This document shows, piece by piece, positions 1 to 9,854 of a stretch of 64,000 nucleotides of DNA. Below the pieces are notes generated by a model, which was not told the origin of the DNA, made no database searches, and saw only the letters and a program-made list of their open reading frames with translations. Every line of letters begins with the position of its first letter. The stretch's first letter is position 1. The DNA is taken from NCBI GenBank assembly GCA_002787155.1, contig PCVY01000068.1:2426-66425 (forward strand). Reading direction: 5' to 3'. Both the position numbers and the translations under genes were made by a program. The DNA comes from Candidatus Abzuiibacterium crystallinum. GTDB taxonomy: Bacteria; Omnitrophota; Omnitrophia; Omnitrophales; Abzuiibacteriaceae.

Positions 1-400
1 ATTCAAAAAACATGGCAAGAAACTTAGGGCCAAAGGATAGGAAAGGAAGTGTGCAAAGATCTGCGTCATACCCAGATTGTCTCAGCGCCAAGATGATATC
101 CGTCGAAAGAGATTCAGCCCCTCCTTTTACAAAGAAAGTTTGGGGCTGGACAACGATAATACGTTTCTTTAAACGATAAACTTGAATCGATTCGAAATAG
201 TCAACCCAATGACTTGGTAGCTTGGTTTTTTGCCATGCATGTGGATGAATAAGGGATGCCCACAAAAACCAATATCGCATACTAAGCACTAAGAGCTTTC
301 TTAAAATGAACATCTGGCACAAGCATTGAATCATCAGCGAACGACTGTTTGTAGATTGCGCCATTCTGAATTGGTCAATGATATTATTAAGATTGTTCAT
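1..400 (-). CDS. partial CDS running off the window start; glycosyltransferase family 4-like N-terminal region (C-terminus outside window)
   Basis: By-hand reverse-complement translation from ATG 400..398 is open to position 1 (133+ aa). Segment RIIVVQPQTFFVKGGAESLSTDIILALRQSGYDADLCTL resembles the GT4 N-terminal (Glyco_trans_4) motif. The first ~80 aa are atypical, so the true start is uncertain. Overlaps the stop of the upstream gene by 14 nt. Confidence 0.35.
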   Translation of the reverse strand, partial: MNNLNNIIDQFRMAQSTNSRSLMIQCLCQMFILRKLLVLSMRYWFLWASLIHPHAWQKTKLPSHWVDYFESIQVYRLKKRIIVVQPQTFFVKGGAESLSTDIILALRQSGYDADLCTLPFLSFGPKFLAMFFE

Positions 401-2135
401 CAGGACCTGCCCATGTGTTCATGGTCGTCGAGTCATGGGTTATGACGAATAATGATCGCGTAAATGGCGTCAAGATTTTCTTTAAAAGAGCTAATTTACC
501 GGGACGCAATGTTTTATTTGGATCATGCACAATCAGCAAATCAAAATTTCGCAAAGGTAAGAGCGTTTTAATTAAATTGAAAATATTATGATAAAACACC
601 GTGAGATGTGACCATAAAAAATCATACGATATGTTAATTGTATGGTCATGACGAATAAAAACGAATAATTTTGCTTCCTGATGAAACCGTCGTATTTTAA
701 AAGCGATCGACGTCAGGTCGCAACCTCTTGATTTTGTGATAATCCCAATTTTATCACTTTTCATTACTAAGTTTTTCAATTGCTCTATCAAATGTTCAGC
801 CTGAGGGTTCGCGCTGACAAAAGAAGAAACGGTTTTTGTATCTGTCGATAATAGTTTTTCTTGAAAAATACGATCAAGCAGATTGGTATTAGAGCCTTCA
901 AAGAGTTCAGTTCGTTGAAAAAGATAATGTCGCTTTAGAAATAAAATTAATAAATTGAGCCGCTCTGATTCACTTATTCGTTCATATGTGGTTTCGAGTA
1001 TTCGTTTGGTACATCTCTCAAAATCTTGCATTGTTTGAGGATCGGTAGTTAAACCGCAATTAGAATAAATTGAAGGACCAAGACATACAACGGGTTTTTT
1101 GTGGAGCAGAGCCTCCAGCCCTACGTTTGAATTAACAGTAACGACAAGATCAACTCGTTCAATTAAAGTATGGATATTTTCTGTGCTTGAGAGTTTAAGG
1201 CGGGGGTTCTCTTGTTGATACGCCGACAAAAACAAGTTCAATTTTTCAGCAAGTTTTGTTTTTGACCATTCCGGATGAAGGCGCACCAAAATGATCGGTG
1301 GATGCGGTGTGTTAAAAGTGATTTCAAGGAGAAATGTTATGATTTCTTCAAAAGCTTTAAAGAGTCGAGCGTTTTGGAAAACTATAGGGTCTTGAAGAGG
1401 CACCATAATAATTTTTGTCCTTACGGATGACGAAGATTCAACATCTATTCCTCCTGATTCGTTTTCTAAAGAGGGGGTCAAAGTGCTTTTCTTATTCTTC
1501 ATCAATTCTTGCGTAAAAGAATACACACGCTTTCGTTCATCGTGTTCGCTGGCAGTTTTTTGAAAATCCAACCATTTACCGTCAGCGTAGCGACTTTGTC
1601 CCAGCACACCGTCCGGATCAACAACGAGGGTGTCTGGGAAACAACCGCGCTCGAGGTGGACACAGGGAAACGTTAATGCTTCAGCAGCTAGTCGCAAAGC
1701 TCTATTCTGCCAATAAAGATTACCATTCCAAAGAAAGCAGAGACCTGGTCGGAGCGAACTAAGCAGCTTTTTGATTGCGTGTAAATGTGCGATAGCGTCA
1801 CGGACATGATCATGATAATGTGATATAAATGACGATCGGTCATACTGGAGATCATTGTAAAATAGATCCGGAATAGAAATTGTCTCATATGAAATATGAC
1901 TCACGAAATCCCAATGCATGAGTGCGTTTGGCGGCGGCTGGCGGGGGACGAGTTCCATTAAATCAAAGGGCGTTACAAAAGGTATTTTTTTCTCAAGTAG
2001 TATTTGAATAATACCCGAGTCTGTTGCAAATAATATTGGTTCAAATTTTCGATTTGACTGCCTGATTGCATGACAAAAATCAATCAGTAACCCAAGTATA
2101 CTTGTTGAGTTACACGTTTGAATCAGACATTTCAT
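387..2135 (-). CDS. capsule polysaccharide biosynthesis protein, KpsS/KpsC-like (Capsule_synth family) with an extra ~150-aa C-terminal domain
   Basis: 582-aa ORF. FLWNGNLYWQNRALRLAAEALTFPCVHLERGCFPDTLVVDPDGV matches the conserved Capsule_synth core (lENGyLR...D..GvN). A second conserved stretch is IIMVPLQDPIVFQ. Context: ABC-2 exporter pair downstream. Confidence 0.55.
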   Translation of the reverse strand: MKCLIQTCNSTSILGLLIDFCHAIRQSNRKFEPILFATDSGIIQILLEKKIPFVTPFDLMELVPRQPPPNALMHWDFVSHISYETISIPDLFYNDLQYDRSSFISHYHDHVRDAIAHLHAIKKLLSSLRPGLCFLWNGNLYWQNRALRLAAEALTFPCVHLERGCFPDTLVVDPDGVLGQSRYADGKWLDFQKTASEHDERKRVYSFTQELMKNKKSTLTPSLENESGGIDVESSSSVRTKIIMVPLQDPIVFQNARLFKAFEEIITFLLEITFNTPHPPIILVRLHPEWSKTKLAEKLNLFLSAYQQENPRLKLSSTENIHTLIERVDLVVTVNSNVGLEALLHKKPVVCLGPSIYSNCGLTTDPQTMQDFERCTKRILETTYERISESERLNLLILFLKRHYLFQRTELFEGSNTNLLDRIFQEKLLSTDTKTVSSFVSANPQAEHLIEQLKNLVMKSDKIGIITKSRGCDLTSIAFKIRRFHQEAKLFVFIRHDHTINISYDFLWSHLTVFYHNIFNLIKTLLPLRNFDLLIVHDPNKTLRPGKLALLKKILTPFTRSLFVITHDSTTMNTWAGPDEQS

Positions 2136-2161
2136 AACATAACACCCTAACTAACCCAACT

Positions 2162-3091
2162 TCAATTTAAATATTCAAAAGTTGTAAGAGGTTTTTGTGT
2201 TAGAAGGAAAGTTCTAAATTTATCGAATTCGTTCGGTGAATTCAGTGCATACTTGATTGCTTTTTCAGTTTCAGCTAAATTATAACAGATAGGAATTCGG
2301 CACTTGCTCCAAGCAATAAGCGCTTCAATTTTATGTGAGTTGGAAGGCAATGCGACAAATGGGATGCCCGCTAAAGCGCAGAGATATATACCATGGAATC
2401 GTCCTGTAACATAAAGCCTTGCTGTGCGAAGTGAAGCGATGGCAAACATCCAGTCATGTTGTCTGTTTTTTTCTTTAACCCGCCATGTTCGGTGATGGCG
2501 GCGCAGTGACTCAAGAATATTGCAAACATCACTTTGATGCTCATGACCGTCTCCAATAACAATTTCATTCCTTAAATTTTCATATATTTTATCTTGGAAA
2601 GGTGCTTCAAGTATCGAATCAGGTACAATCCGAGGTTTTCCGCCAAGACGTTTAGCGACTGCAGCACTAAAAGGTTCTCTGACGGTGAGGTCAGTTAATC
2701 GACTAAAAATATTTATAAAGGGAGGCACCTCTTGAAGGACACAATTAATAAGGAAAGTTTTTTTATTTAACTTTTGCGCAGCCGCTATCATAGCCAGTAG
2801 ATGCATTCCTTTCCCGTGATGAATAGTCCCCTCACCATTCACGACCAGCGCATCACAGCGGCGAATAAGTTTACCCCAATGGCTCGCAAGCACTTTCTCA
2901 ATGGATTTTTCAGCGTTTTCTGCATACATATCAGCCGCTTCATGTACGTAGTGTGTCCCAATCACGTTGACCCGTTTCTTTCGAAGCATTGCCCGATGCG
3001 CAAAACTAACCGCAATACAACCCGCATGATGTTCTGAGGAAGTATCATTAGCAAAAAATACTTTCAAGTTACCAAACATTAATGTGTGCAC
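2162..3091 (-). CDS. polysaccharide pyruvyl transferase (CsaB/WcaK family)
   Basis: 309 aa. Motifs ALVVNGEGTIHHGKG and YVTGRFHGIYLCALAGIPFVAL are typical of PS_pyruv_trans. Confidence 0.6.
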   Translation of the reverse strand: MHTLMFGNLKVFFANDTSSEHHAGCIAVSFAHRAMLRKKRVNVIGTHYVHEAADMYAENAEKSIEKVLASHWGKLIRRCDALVVNGEGTIHHGKGMHLLAMIAAAQKLNKKTFLINCVLQEVPPFINIFSRLTDLTVREPFSAAVAKRLGGKPRIVPDSILEAPFQDKIYENLRNEIVIGDGHEHQSDVCNILESLRRHHRTWRVKEKNRQHDWMFAIASLRTARLYVTGRFHGIYLCALAGIPFVALPSNSHKIEALIAWSKCRIPICYNLAETEKAIKYALNSPNEFDKFRTFLLTQKPLTTFEYLN

Positions 3092-3155
3092 GCCTTATTA
3101 CCGCTATGTTACTATCAACAAAGATAAAGATGTGAAATCGAATTATTTTAAAGGT

Positions 3156-3905
3156 TTACATCTGTTCCATGTTTTGGTATTGATTACAAACCTGTTCTAT
3201 TTCAGCATCTATAACAATTTTTCCCCGACGAATAAGGATACCACGCTGACAGTGCTTCTGAAGCTGTTCTAAAGAATGCGATATTAAAACAATCGTTTTT
3301 CCCTGTTTTTTCAAAAGACCGAATTTGTCTAAACATTTCATACGGAATCGGTAATCACCAACCGCAAAAATCTCATCTGCCAAAAGAATATCAAAATTTG
3401 AATGGACTGCAACTGAAAATCCGAGACGTATATACATCCCAGAAGAGTACAATTTGACGGGAGAGTCAATGAACTTGTCGAGTTCGGCGAATGTCACAAT
3501 TTGATCAAAGCATTTCCGAATATCATGCTTTGACATCCCTAAAATTACACCGTTTAAAAATATATTTTCCCTGCCAGTCAATTCAGGATGAAAACCCGCA
3601 CCGACTTCTAATAAAGGCGCAATTTGTCCATGAACAGTAATAGTTCCGCTGGTTGGTTTTGAAATATTTGCAATCAGGCGTAATAAAGTTGATTTCCCGG
3701 CGCCATTGGCACCAATAATCCCCACTGATTCGCCTTGCGTAATTTCAAAACTCACGTTATCAAGCGCATGAATATAATCTTTCGTGTCGGAATGTGGTTT
3801 CAGAATCCGTAAAAATGCTTCGTTGCATTGGGATGCTAACGATCGATACACTTCGCGTTTCAAATGGTATGTTTTTGTTACATTAGCAAATTGAATACTC
3901 GTCAT
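3156..3905 (-). CDS. polysaccharide/capsule export ABC transporter ATP-binding protein (KpsT/Wzt/TagH-like)
   Basis: Walker A GIIGANGAGKST, signature YSSGMYIRLGFSVA, Walker B ILLADE. Size of 249 aa fits the KpsT class. Confidence 0.8.
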   Translation of the reverse strand: MTSIQFANVTKTYHLKREVYRSLASQCNEAFLRILKPHSDTKDYIHALDNVSFEITQGESVGIIGANGAGKSTLLRLIANISKPTSGTITVHGQIAPLLEVGAGFHPELTGRENIFLNGVILGMSKHDIRKCFDQIVTFAELDKFIDSPVKLYSSGMYIRLGFSVAVHSNFDILLADEIFAVGDYRFRMKCLDKFGLLKKQGKTIVLISHSLEQLQKHCQRGILIRRGKIVIDAEIEQVCNQYQNMEQM

Positions 3906-4687
3906 TAAATAGAATCCGCAAAGTTAGGTTCAAGTTTTTTAAATAAATGATGAGCTGTTGTGAATAATGCAATGGTCAAGATGGCTGAAATAAAAAAGAA
4001 ATTCCAATTAGGGGCTGTTCCCATTACCAATACGTTTCGAAAGCATTCCACGATCCCCGTCATAGGATTTAGGAGTAGTAATTTTTGTAAATTAGGACGT
4101 ATGACGCTCAACGGGTAGATGACAGGGGTGGCAAACATAGCAATTTGAATCAGGTTAGCGAGGGCATTTTTCACATCGCGATAAAAAACATTTAGAGCTG
4201 AGAGAAGCAAGGCAATGCTCACAATCAACATAAATTCAAGGAAAATAAAGAGCGGTAATAAAAGAAGCCAGAAGGTTAGTTTGATTTTAAAGTAGATTAA
4301 AAGTACGACAAGCAAACTGCAGGCAATCAAGAAATCAAAGGCAGCTGCCATAATGGAAGCTAGCGGAAAGATGACGCGGGGGAAATAGATTTTTTTGATC
4401 AGATCTGCATTAGAAACAAGACTAGGGATGGCCGCATTCAACGCATTTGAGAAAAACAGCCATGGTATTAATCCCGATAATAAGAAAACCGGATAAGGGG
4501 TATCACCAGTCGGCATTCGGACGATCTTGGTAAAGATAGCACTAAAAAGTATGAGCATAATCGCCGGCTGGAAAAGTGCCCAGAGGATGCCAAGCGCTGA
4601 TTGTTTATAGCGGGCCTTAATTTCACGTGCCGTTAAAAGCTCAATTAATTCACGGTAACGAATGAAATCAGCCAAATAGCGGATCAT
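3905..4687 (-). CDS. ABC-2 type polysaccharide export permease (KpsM/Wzm-like)
   Basis: 260 aa, about 6 predicted TM helices. Start overlaps the ATPase stop by 1 nt. ABC-2 family order permease-then-ATPase. Confidence 0.75.
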   Translation of the reverse strand: MIRYLADFIRYRELIELLTAREIKARYKQSALGILWALFQPAIMLILFSAIFTKIVRMPTGDTPYPVFLLSGLIPWLFFSNALNAAIPSLVSNADLIKKIYFPRVIFPLASIMAAAFDFLIACSLLVVLLIYFKIKLTFWLLLLPLFIFLEFMLIVSIALLLSALNVFYRDVKNALANLIQIAMFATPVIYPLSVIRPNLQKLLLLNPMTGIVECFRNVLVMGTAPNWNFFFISAILTIALFTTAHHLFKKLEPNFADSI

Positions 4688-5823
4688 AAAAACACCATTT
4701 CTCTGATGGTGCGCTGCAGCTCTTCAGATATTTTAAGCAAGTCAGCATGTTGATGAAACGTATTATATCCGGATTCAGCCGTTTGGTCTCTGAGCTTTTT
4801 ATGCTTCTTAAGTTCTGTTAGTAGTTGTGCCAAAGCCTCGGGATTTTGAGGCGGTACCGTCAAAACATCTTTACCGGGCCGGAGCAGCTCTTTGACGGCA
4901 TCGGTTTCGGCAGTCACAACCGGTTTTTTTGTTGCGAGCGCCTGGAATATTTTATTCGGAATCACACGGTTCAGTTTGGGTGAGTCGGAAAAAATTCCGA
5001 GACAGACATCGCAGTTTTGGATAAGGTCCGGCAGCGCGCGGTAGGGGACCCAGCCGGGCAAGGATACGTTTTCCATTTTTTTTTCGTTCACCATGTTTTG
5101 AATTTCCGAAAAAAGCTGACCGGTTCCAACCAAATCAAACATCATGTCACGATCGGATTTCAAAATCTCGGCAGCCGCTATAATGGTTTGGATACCATGC
5201 AAGGGCGTAAATTTTCCGACAAACAGGATTCGAAAATAAGGCTTATCGTTTGCCGCTGACCCTGCCTTTGATGGAAGGAATAAATCATCTTCGGCACCGG
5301 CATAAATTCTAACAAATTTCGACAAAGGAATCCGGTGAGCGGAAGAAAAATACCGTATATGCCCGTCGGTATCCAATATAATTTTATCGGCTGATTGACA
5401 AGCGAGGCGGTCAAGCGCAAACAGCGCGTGAGAAGTCAGGCTTTTTGTACGGACAAGTTTACGGTCATCAATCGCTGAGTCATATAACGAGATAAAAGCG
5501 TCCCACAAAACAGGCGTGCGTTTTAGTGCGGCAAACCATTTGATAATCACTGTGTCAAGGTGTCCGGGATAGCCCACTAAAACGACGGCGTGCTTCGGTG
5601 CACAAAGGTATCGAATAATGAGCCAAGGATAGATGAGAAGCAGTTTTAGTGCTATCAATATAAGTCCCCAAACTCGTCTTATGATGTGCGTTTTATGAAT
5701 TTTGTTTCGCCAAATGTCATGATGAATCAGAACGGTTTCGTAGCCGGCGATTTGAAGTGCTTTTAAGAGAATTTGATTGCGGGGATAATCTTCTTCGAAC
5801 GTACCAAAAAAACACACACGCAT
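4684..5823 (-). CDS. glycosyltransferase family 4 (GT-B, Glycos_transf_1)
   Basis: 379 aa. C-terminal GT1 motifs (LFVGKFTPLHGIQTIIAAAEIL ... IPNKIFQALATKKPVV) and the EX7E region. Confidence 0.75.
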   Translation of the reverse strand: MRVCFFGTFEEDYPRNQILLKALQIAGYETVLIHHDIWRNKIHKTHIIRRVWGLILIALKLLLIYPWLIIRYLCAPKHAVVLVGYPGHLDTVIIKWFAALKRTPVLWDAFISLYDSAIDDRKLVRTKSLTSHALFALDRLACQSADKIILDTDGHIRYFSSAHRIPLSKFVRIYAGAEDDLFLPSKAGSAANDKPYFRILFVGKFTPLHGIQTIIAAAEILKSDRDMMFDLVGTGQLFSEIQNMVNEKKMENVSLPGWVPYRALPDLIQNCDVCLGIFSDSPKLNRVIPNKIFQALATKKPVVTAETDAVKELLRPGKDVLTVPPQNPEALAQLLTELKKHKKLRDQTAESGYNTFHQHADLLKISEELQRTIREMVFL

Positions 5824-5826
5824 GAC

Positions 5827-6765
5827 TTAGGAAGACTGCTCGTGAATCGAATATTCGAGATCTGATTTATTTTGACCAAAAGTAATCATTTCAGCAATCA
5901 GCCCTGTCGAAAAGAATTGAATCCCAACGATGGTCAGCAGGACGCCTAAGAATAAGAGCGGATATCGATTTTGGATGTTACCGTGCAATAATCTTAAATA
6001 AAGAATGTAGCAATCAATGACAAAGCCGCTTAAAGTTAAGAAAATACCAATGGTCCCAAAAAAATGCGATGGTTTTTTGGTAAATTTAGTGAGAAAAACA
6101 ACCGTGAACAAATCCAAGCAGCCGCTCATAAGTCGGCTCACGCCATATTTTGACTTTCCGTACTTACGAGGACGGTGGATGACGCGTTGTTCGGTGATCC
6201 GGAAGCCGCGCCAAGCAGCTAAAATGGGGATATAACGATGCAGTTCACCATAAAGATGAATTTCTTGAAGCACTTCACGCCGGTAAGCCTTCATGCCGCA
6301 ATTGAAGTCATGCAGCTTAATGCCGCTCATAATAGCAGTGACACCATTGTAAATGCGGGACAAAATCCGCCTGCTCAGAGGGTCTTTTCGTTTATGTTTC
6401 CAGCCTGATACCACATCGAAACCTTCTTGCAGCCGTTCTAAAAAACGCGGAATTTCCGACGGATTGTCCTGCAGGTCTCCATCCAGTGTTAGTACCGCGG
6501 ACCCTTTGGTCATCTTAAATCCGGCCGCTAAGGCCGCTGATTTGCCAAATCTTGATCGAAATTTTACCCACTTCACATGCGGATCTTGCATCTGTAGTTT
6601 TTTAAACTGCGCCATACTGTTGTCGGTACTGCCGTCATCGACAAAAATAATTTCATATAGGACATTTAAATCACGGAGCGTTTCAGAGAGTTCAGCATGC
6701 AATTCTGCCAGACTTGCCGCTTCATTATAAACAGGGATAACAATAGACAGTGAAGATATATTCAT
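5827..6765 (-). CDS. polyprenyl-phosphate glycosyltransferase, GT2 (ArnC/GtrB/DPM1-like) with C-terminal TM helices
   Basis: LSIVIPVYNEAASL...FVDDGSTDNS...DGDLQD, a GT2 DXD-type catalytic core, plus two C-terminal TM segments as in ArnC/GtrB. Confidence 0.75.
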   Translation of the reverse strand: MNISSLSIVIPVYNEAASLAELHAELSETLRDLNVLYEIIFVDDGSTDNSMAQFKKLQMQDPHVKWVKFRSRFGKSAALAAGFKMTKGSAVLTLDGDLQDNPSEIPRFLERLQEGFDVVSGWKHKRKDPLSRRILSRIYNGVTAIMSGIKLHDFNCGMKAYRREVLQEIHLYGELHRYIPILAAWRGFRITEQRVIHRPRKYGKSKYGVSRLMSGCLDLFTVVFLTKFTKKPSHFFGTIGIFLTLSGFVIDCYILYLRLLHGNIQNRYPLLFLGVLLTIVGIQFFSTGLIAEMITFGQNKSDLEYSIHEQSS

Positions 6766-6805
6766 ATCACTTTAAATATCGGCCAAATGTGCCGATTATA
6801 AAGTC

Positions 6806-8257
6806 ATGAAATTAGAGCCCACAGAAGGGCGTAAGTCCAGCGTGATTCATGTTGTTGTGCTGGTTGGCCTCCTTGCGATTGGAACCGCTTTACGCGCCGC
6901 TTATTTAACAGCTCGGCCTGTTTGGTATGATGAGGCCATCACCATTTTTCAAGCCAAATCAGGATTTTCCTATATTCTGTCCCATTATTTCCAGGGAAGT
7001 AACCCGCCGGTCGCTTACTTGGTTTACCGCCTCTGGATATTGATTTTTGGCGACAGTCAAATCAGCTTTGAAATTGTATCAGTCATCTTTGGGATTGGGT
7101 CACTTTATTTGATGTATCAAATTGCTTGCCGTGTCTTTGACCGCATCACAGCGAACATTGCGCTTGTTTTGTTGACGTTTTCCTCATACCACATTTTCAC
7201 CTGTCAGCAGATCCGAGCATATTCACTGGCTTGTTTTTTAGCGCTTTTATCAATCGATCAACTTGTTTGTTTTTTACAGAAGCGTCACAAAAAACATTTA
7301 ATAGCGTGGGGGGCGGTTGGGATCACGATGGTGCTGACGCATTTTTACACCGTTTTCTTGTTTTTAGTCCAGATTCTTCTATTGATCCAACGGTATGCGC
7401 ATTACAAAAAAATTGACCGCTTAAAAACATGGCACATCTACACCGGCGGCAGTGCCGTGATCGTGTGGGTGACCTATTTGGCTATTTTCTTAGTTAAGAA
7501 ATTTCATTTTTTCCCCATTTATCCGCGTCCTCATGCCGCGTGGGCAGACTTACAGCTGGTGCTGCAAAGCATTTTTTTTCTGTCCCCGGCACTGGTTGTT
7601 ATTTCGTGCATGATCGTCACCGTTTTTTTGGTGAAGTATTTCTGGAAGGAAAAACACAGCGATCATGCAGAAAAACCGTTTGTTGTATTTTTAATCAGTT
7701 GGATTTTTATCTCCATCGTGGTTCCGCTGCTGATTTCTCAAACCATGCCGTCTTTTTTTTACGTTCGCTACTATATTTTTACGCATTTGGCTTGGATCTT
7801 ATTGACGGCCATTGCTGTTCGCTCAGTTGGTACATTTATTTTTCACGTTGTGGTATGCGGTACTTTCATTTTTTTCTTAAGCGGTCTTGTGGCTGACTAC
7901 TATGATGATTGTGCCCAAAAAGCTAAAATTCGAAAGGTGTATGAAGAAGTCGCAAAGGAATATCGGCCGGGTGACGTGATTGTTCATGAGAACGGCTGGA
8001 CGTTTGGACCTGCTTTTTTTTATCACCAAGGAAAGCTAGATGAATATTATTTGACCAATGAATTTGGCATACCAACTCTGGAAAAGCAAAAATTTAAGCC
8101 GGAAATCCTGCAGTCACATAAACGCCTTTGGCTGTTTTTAGAACGGCCGGAAAGCCTACCGAAAGTCCTCCCGCAAGCGTGGCTTCAGAATTCTGCCAAA
8201 CGGATGCTAAAGGCAAATCCAACCCAGCTGTGGTTTCTTTATGAGCTGAAGGAATAA
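6806..8257 (+). CDS. GT-C fold membrane glycosyltransferase, ArnT/PMT-like (GT39/GT83 family)
   Basis: 483 aa polytopic membrane protein. N-terminal YDEAITIFQAKSGFSY matches the ArnT/PMT first-loop DE motif. Divergent to the ArnC-like GT2. Confidence 0.55.
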   Translation: MKLEPTEGRKSSVIHVVVLVGLLAIGTALRAAYLTARPVWYDEAITIFQAKSGFSYILSHYFQGSNPPVAYLVYRLWILIFGDSQISFEIVSVIFGIGSLYLMYQIACRVFDRITANIALVLLTFSSYHIFTCQQIRAYSLACFLALLSIDQLVCFLQKRHKKHLIAWGAVGITMVLTHFYTVFLFLVQILLLIQRYAHYKKIDRLKTWHIYTGGSAVIVWVTYLAIFLVKKFHFFPIYPRPHAAWADLQLVLQSIFFLSPALVVISCMIVTVFLVKYFWKEKHSDHAEKPFVVFLISWIFISIVVPLLISQTMPSFFYVRYYIFTHLAWILLTAIAVRSVGTFIFHVVVCGTFIFFLSGLVADYYDDCAQKAKIRKVYEEVAKEYRPGDVIVHENGWTFGPAFFYHQGKLDEYYLTNEFGIPTLEKQKFKPEILQSHKRLWLFLERPESLPKVLPQAWLQNSAKRMLKANPTQLWFLYELKE

Positions 8258-8445
8258 GCCAAATCTATCCCAGGTAAGTTATATTTATAAGTTGTTTAAT
8301 TAGAGTAAGTTACAAAAATTGACTGCAGACATTATTCTGACGAATTTTATCTAAAACCACTCCTTGTATTGATTTTCTCTTTATGTTATCCTTTTAAGTG
8401 ATCCTATGATTAGCTAAAATAAGGAGAGATAGGTTGTTTTAGCTT

Positions 8446-9426
8446 ATGGGTGAGATCATGCCAAATGGGAAGCCCAGAATATTAGTGGTTAATGATAATC
8501 AAAAAGATCGTGAATACCTTACCCTTATACTTCAATCGCTTGACTGTCTGACCGATACGGCCGAAAATGGGGCCAACGCCATTCAGAAAATTCGCGAATT
8601 CATTCCAGATTTAATACTTTTAGATTCCAACATGCCCCTTGTAAGCGGTTATCAGACTGCTCAAACAATCCGTCAACAATCTCGAAACGGGTTAATTCCT
8701 ATTCTTTTCCTAACAGAAAATATGAACGGCAATGGTCATGCTGCTAACGTGAGTGATCTTGAAGCCGTTGACGTGCTTCGTAAACCCTATCAGCCGTTTG
8801 AAGTCATTTCGCGCTGCAAATCTCTCCTCAACCTAAGCCAGTTTGAATACGAATTGGAAATGGCTGAGCAGGTCCTAAAAAGTTTAGCACTAGCTGTTGA
8901 GGCAAGGGACCCGACAACAGGTAATCATTGTGACCGCCTTTACTATCGTTTGACCCGATTGGCTGATATGTTAGCGTTAGGGCATGATATGAAAGATACT
9001 TTGCTGAAAGGATCGATTTTGCACGATATCGGCAAGGTGGGTGTGCCGGATAGCGTGTTGTTAAAAGAGGGGCCCCTGACTGATAAAGAATGGATGGTTA
9101 TGAAGCAGCATGTGATTATCGGTGAGTCGCTTTGCCGCCCCCTGAAGTTCTTACATCCTGTCTTACCATTGATTCGGCATCATCATGAACGATTTGATGG
9201 CTCTGGATACCCGGACAGCCTTAAGGGCGAAGAAATTCCTTTGGTTGCGAGAGTGTTCCAAGTGTGCGATGTTTTTGATGCTCTCACAAGTAAAAGGCCA
9301 TACAAACGCTCATTTACTGAGGATGAATCGAAGAAAATCCTTGAAACAGAGATGTCAAAAGGCTGGTGGGACCCTCGAATTGTGGAGGCGTTTTTCAAAA
9401 TGTTATCTGTAGAACCAAAGATTTAA
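8446..9426 (+). CDS. response regulator with HD-GYP c-di-GMP phosphodiesterase domain (RpfG-like)
   Basis: Receiver domain with phospho-acceptor Asp in LILLDSNMP. C-terminal HD..H..GK.GVPD ... HHERFDGSGYP gives the HD and GYP motifs. Confidence 0.85.
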   Translation: MGEIMPNGKPRILVVNDNQKDREYLTLILQSLDCLTDTAENGANAIQKIREFIPDLILLDSNMPLVSGYQTAQTIRQQSRNGLIPILFLTENMNGNGHAANVSDLEAVDVLRKPYQPFEVISRCKSLLNLSQFEYELEMAEQVLKSLALAVEARDPTTGNHCDRLYYRLTRLADMLALGHDMKDTLLKGSILHDIGKVGVPDSVLLKEGPLTDKEWMVMKQHVIIGESLCRPLKFLHPVLPLIRHHHERFDGSGYPDSLKGEEIPLVARVFQVCDVFDALTSKRPYKRSFTEDESKKILETEMSKGWWDPRIVEAFFKMLSVEPKI

Positions 9427-9631
9427 GGTGAAGCGGGCTGAATGAAGCCGAAATTACCCTCTTAATTAACCCCTAATTTTTTGCTTATGCTTTAATAGGT
9501 TATGCCGATGATTTAAGAAGAAAGTAAGGGTGCTCATTGGAAGAATTGCCGCGAAGAGGACTAACTTAACCTTTTAGCATCGCTGTTTGGTTTACATAAT
9601 CAGGTTACTGATTAACAAAAAGGAGAGACCT

Positions 9632-9835
9632 ATGGCATATAGCGCAGTAAGTAAGAAGACGGGGAAAACCTTTTACCTCCATTCCAAGGAAGTTACTTTA
9701 AAGGGCGGCCGCCAGCAAAGAATTTATTTTTTCGCTTCAGCAGTCAAAGAGGGGGCTGTGGATGCATTGCCCCCAGGGTATGCGATTGGTGAGAATTCAA
9801 AGACAGGTCTACCGATTCTTAAAAAAGCTTCTTAA
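9632..9835 (+). CDS. small basic hypothetical protein (67 aa from the ATG with a strong RBS)
   Basis: AAGGAGAG RBS 6 nt upstream of ATG 9632 (in frame with track ORF 9587). Followed by an intrinsic terminator. Sequence MAYSAVSKKTGKTFYLHSKEVTLKGGRQQRIYFF... has no recognisable family. Confidence 0.45.
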   Translation: MAYSAVSKKTGKTFYLHSKEVTLKGGRQQRIYFFASAVKEGAVDALPPGYAIGENSKTGLPILKKAS

Positions 9836-9854
9836 ATCTAACGCAGTGCCTAAC

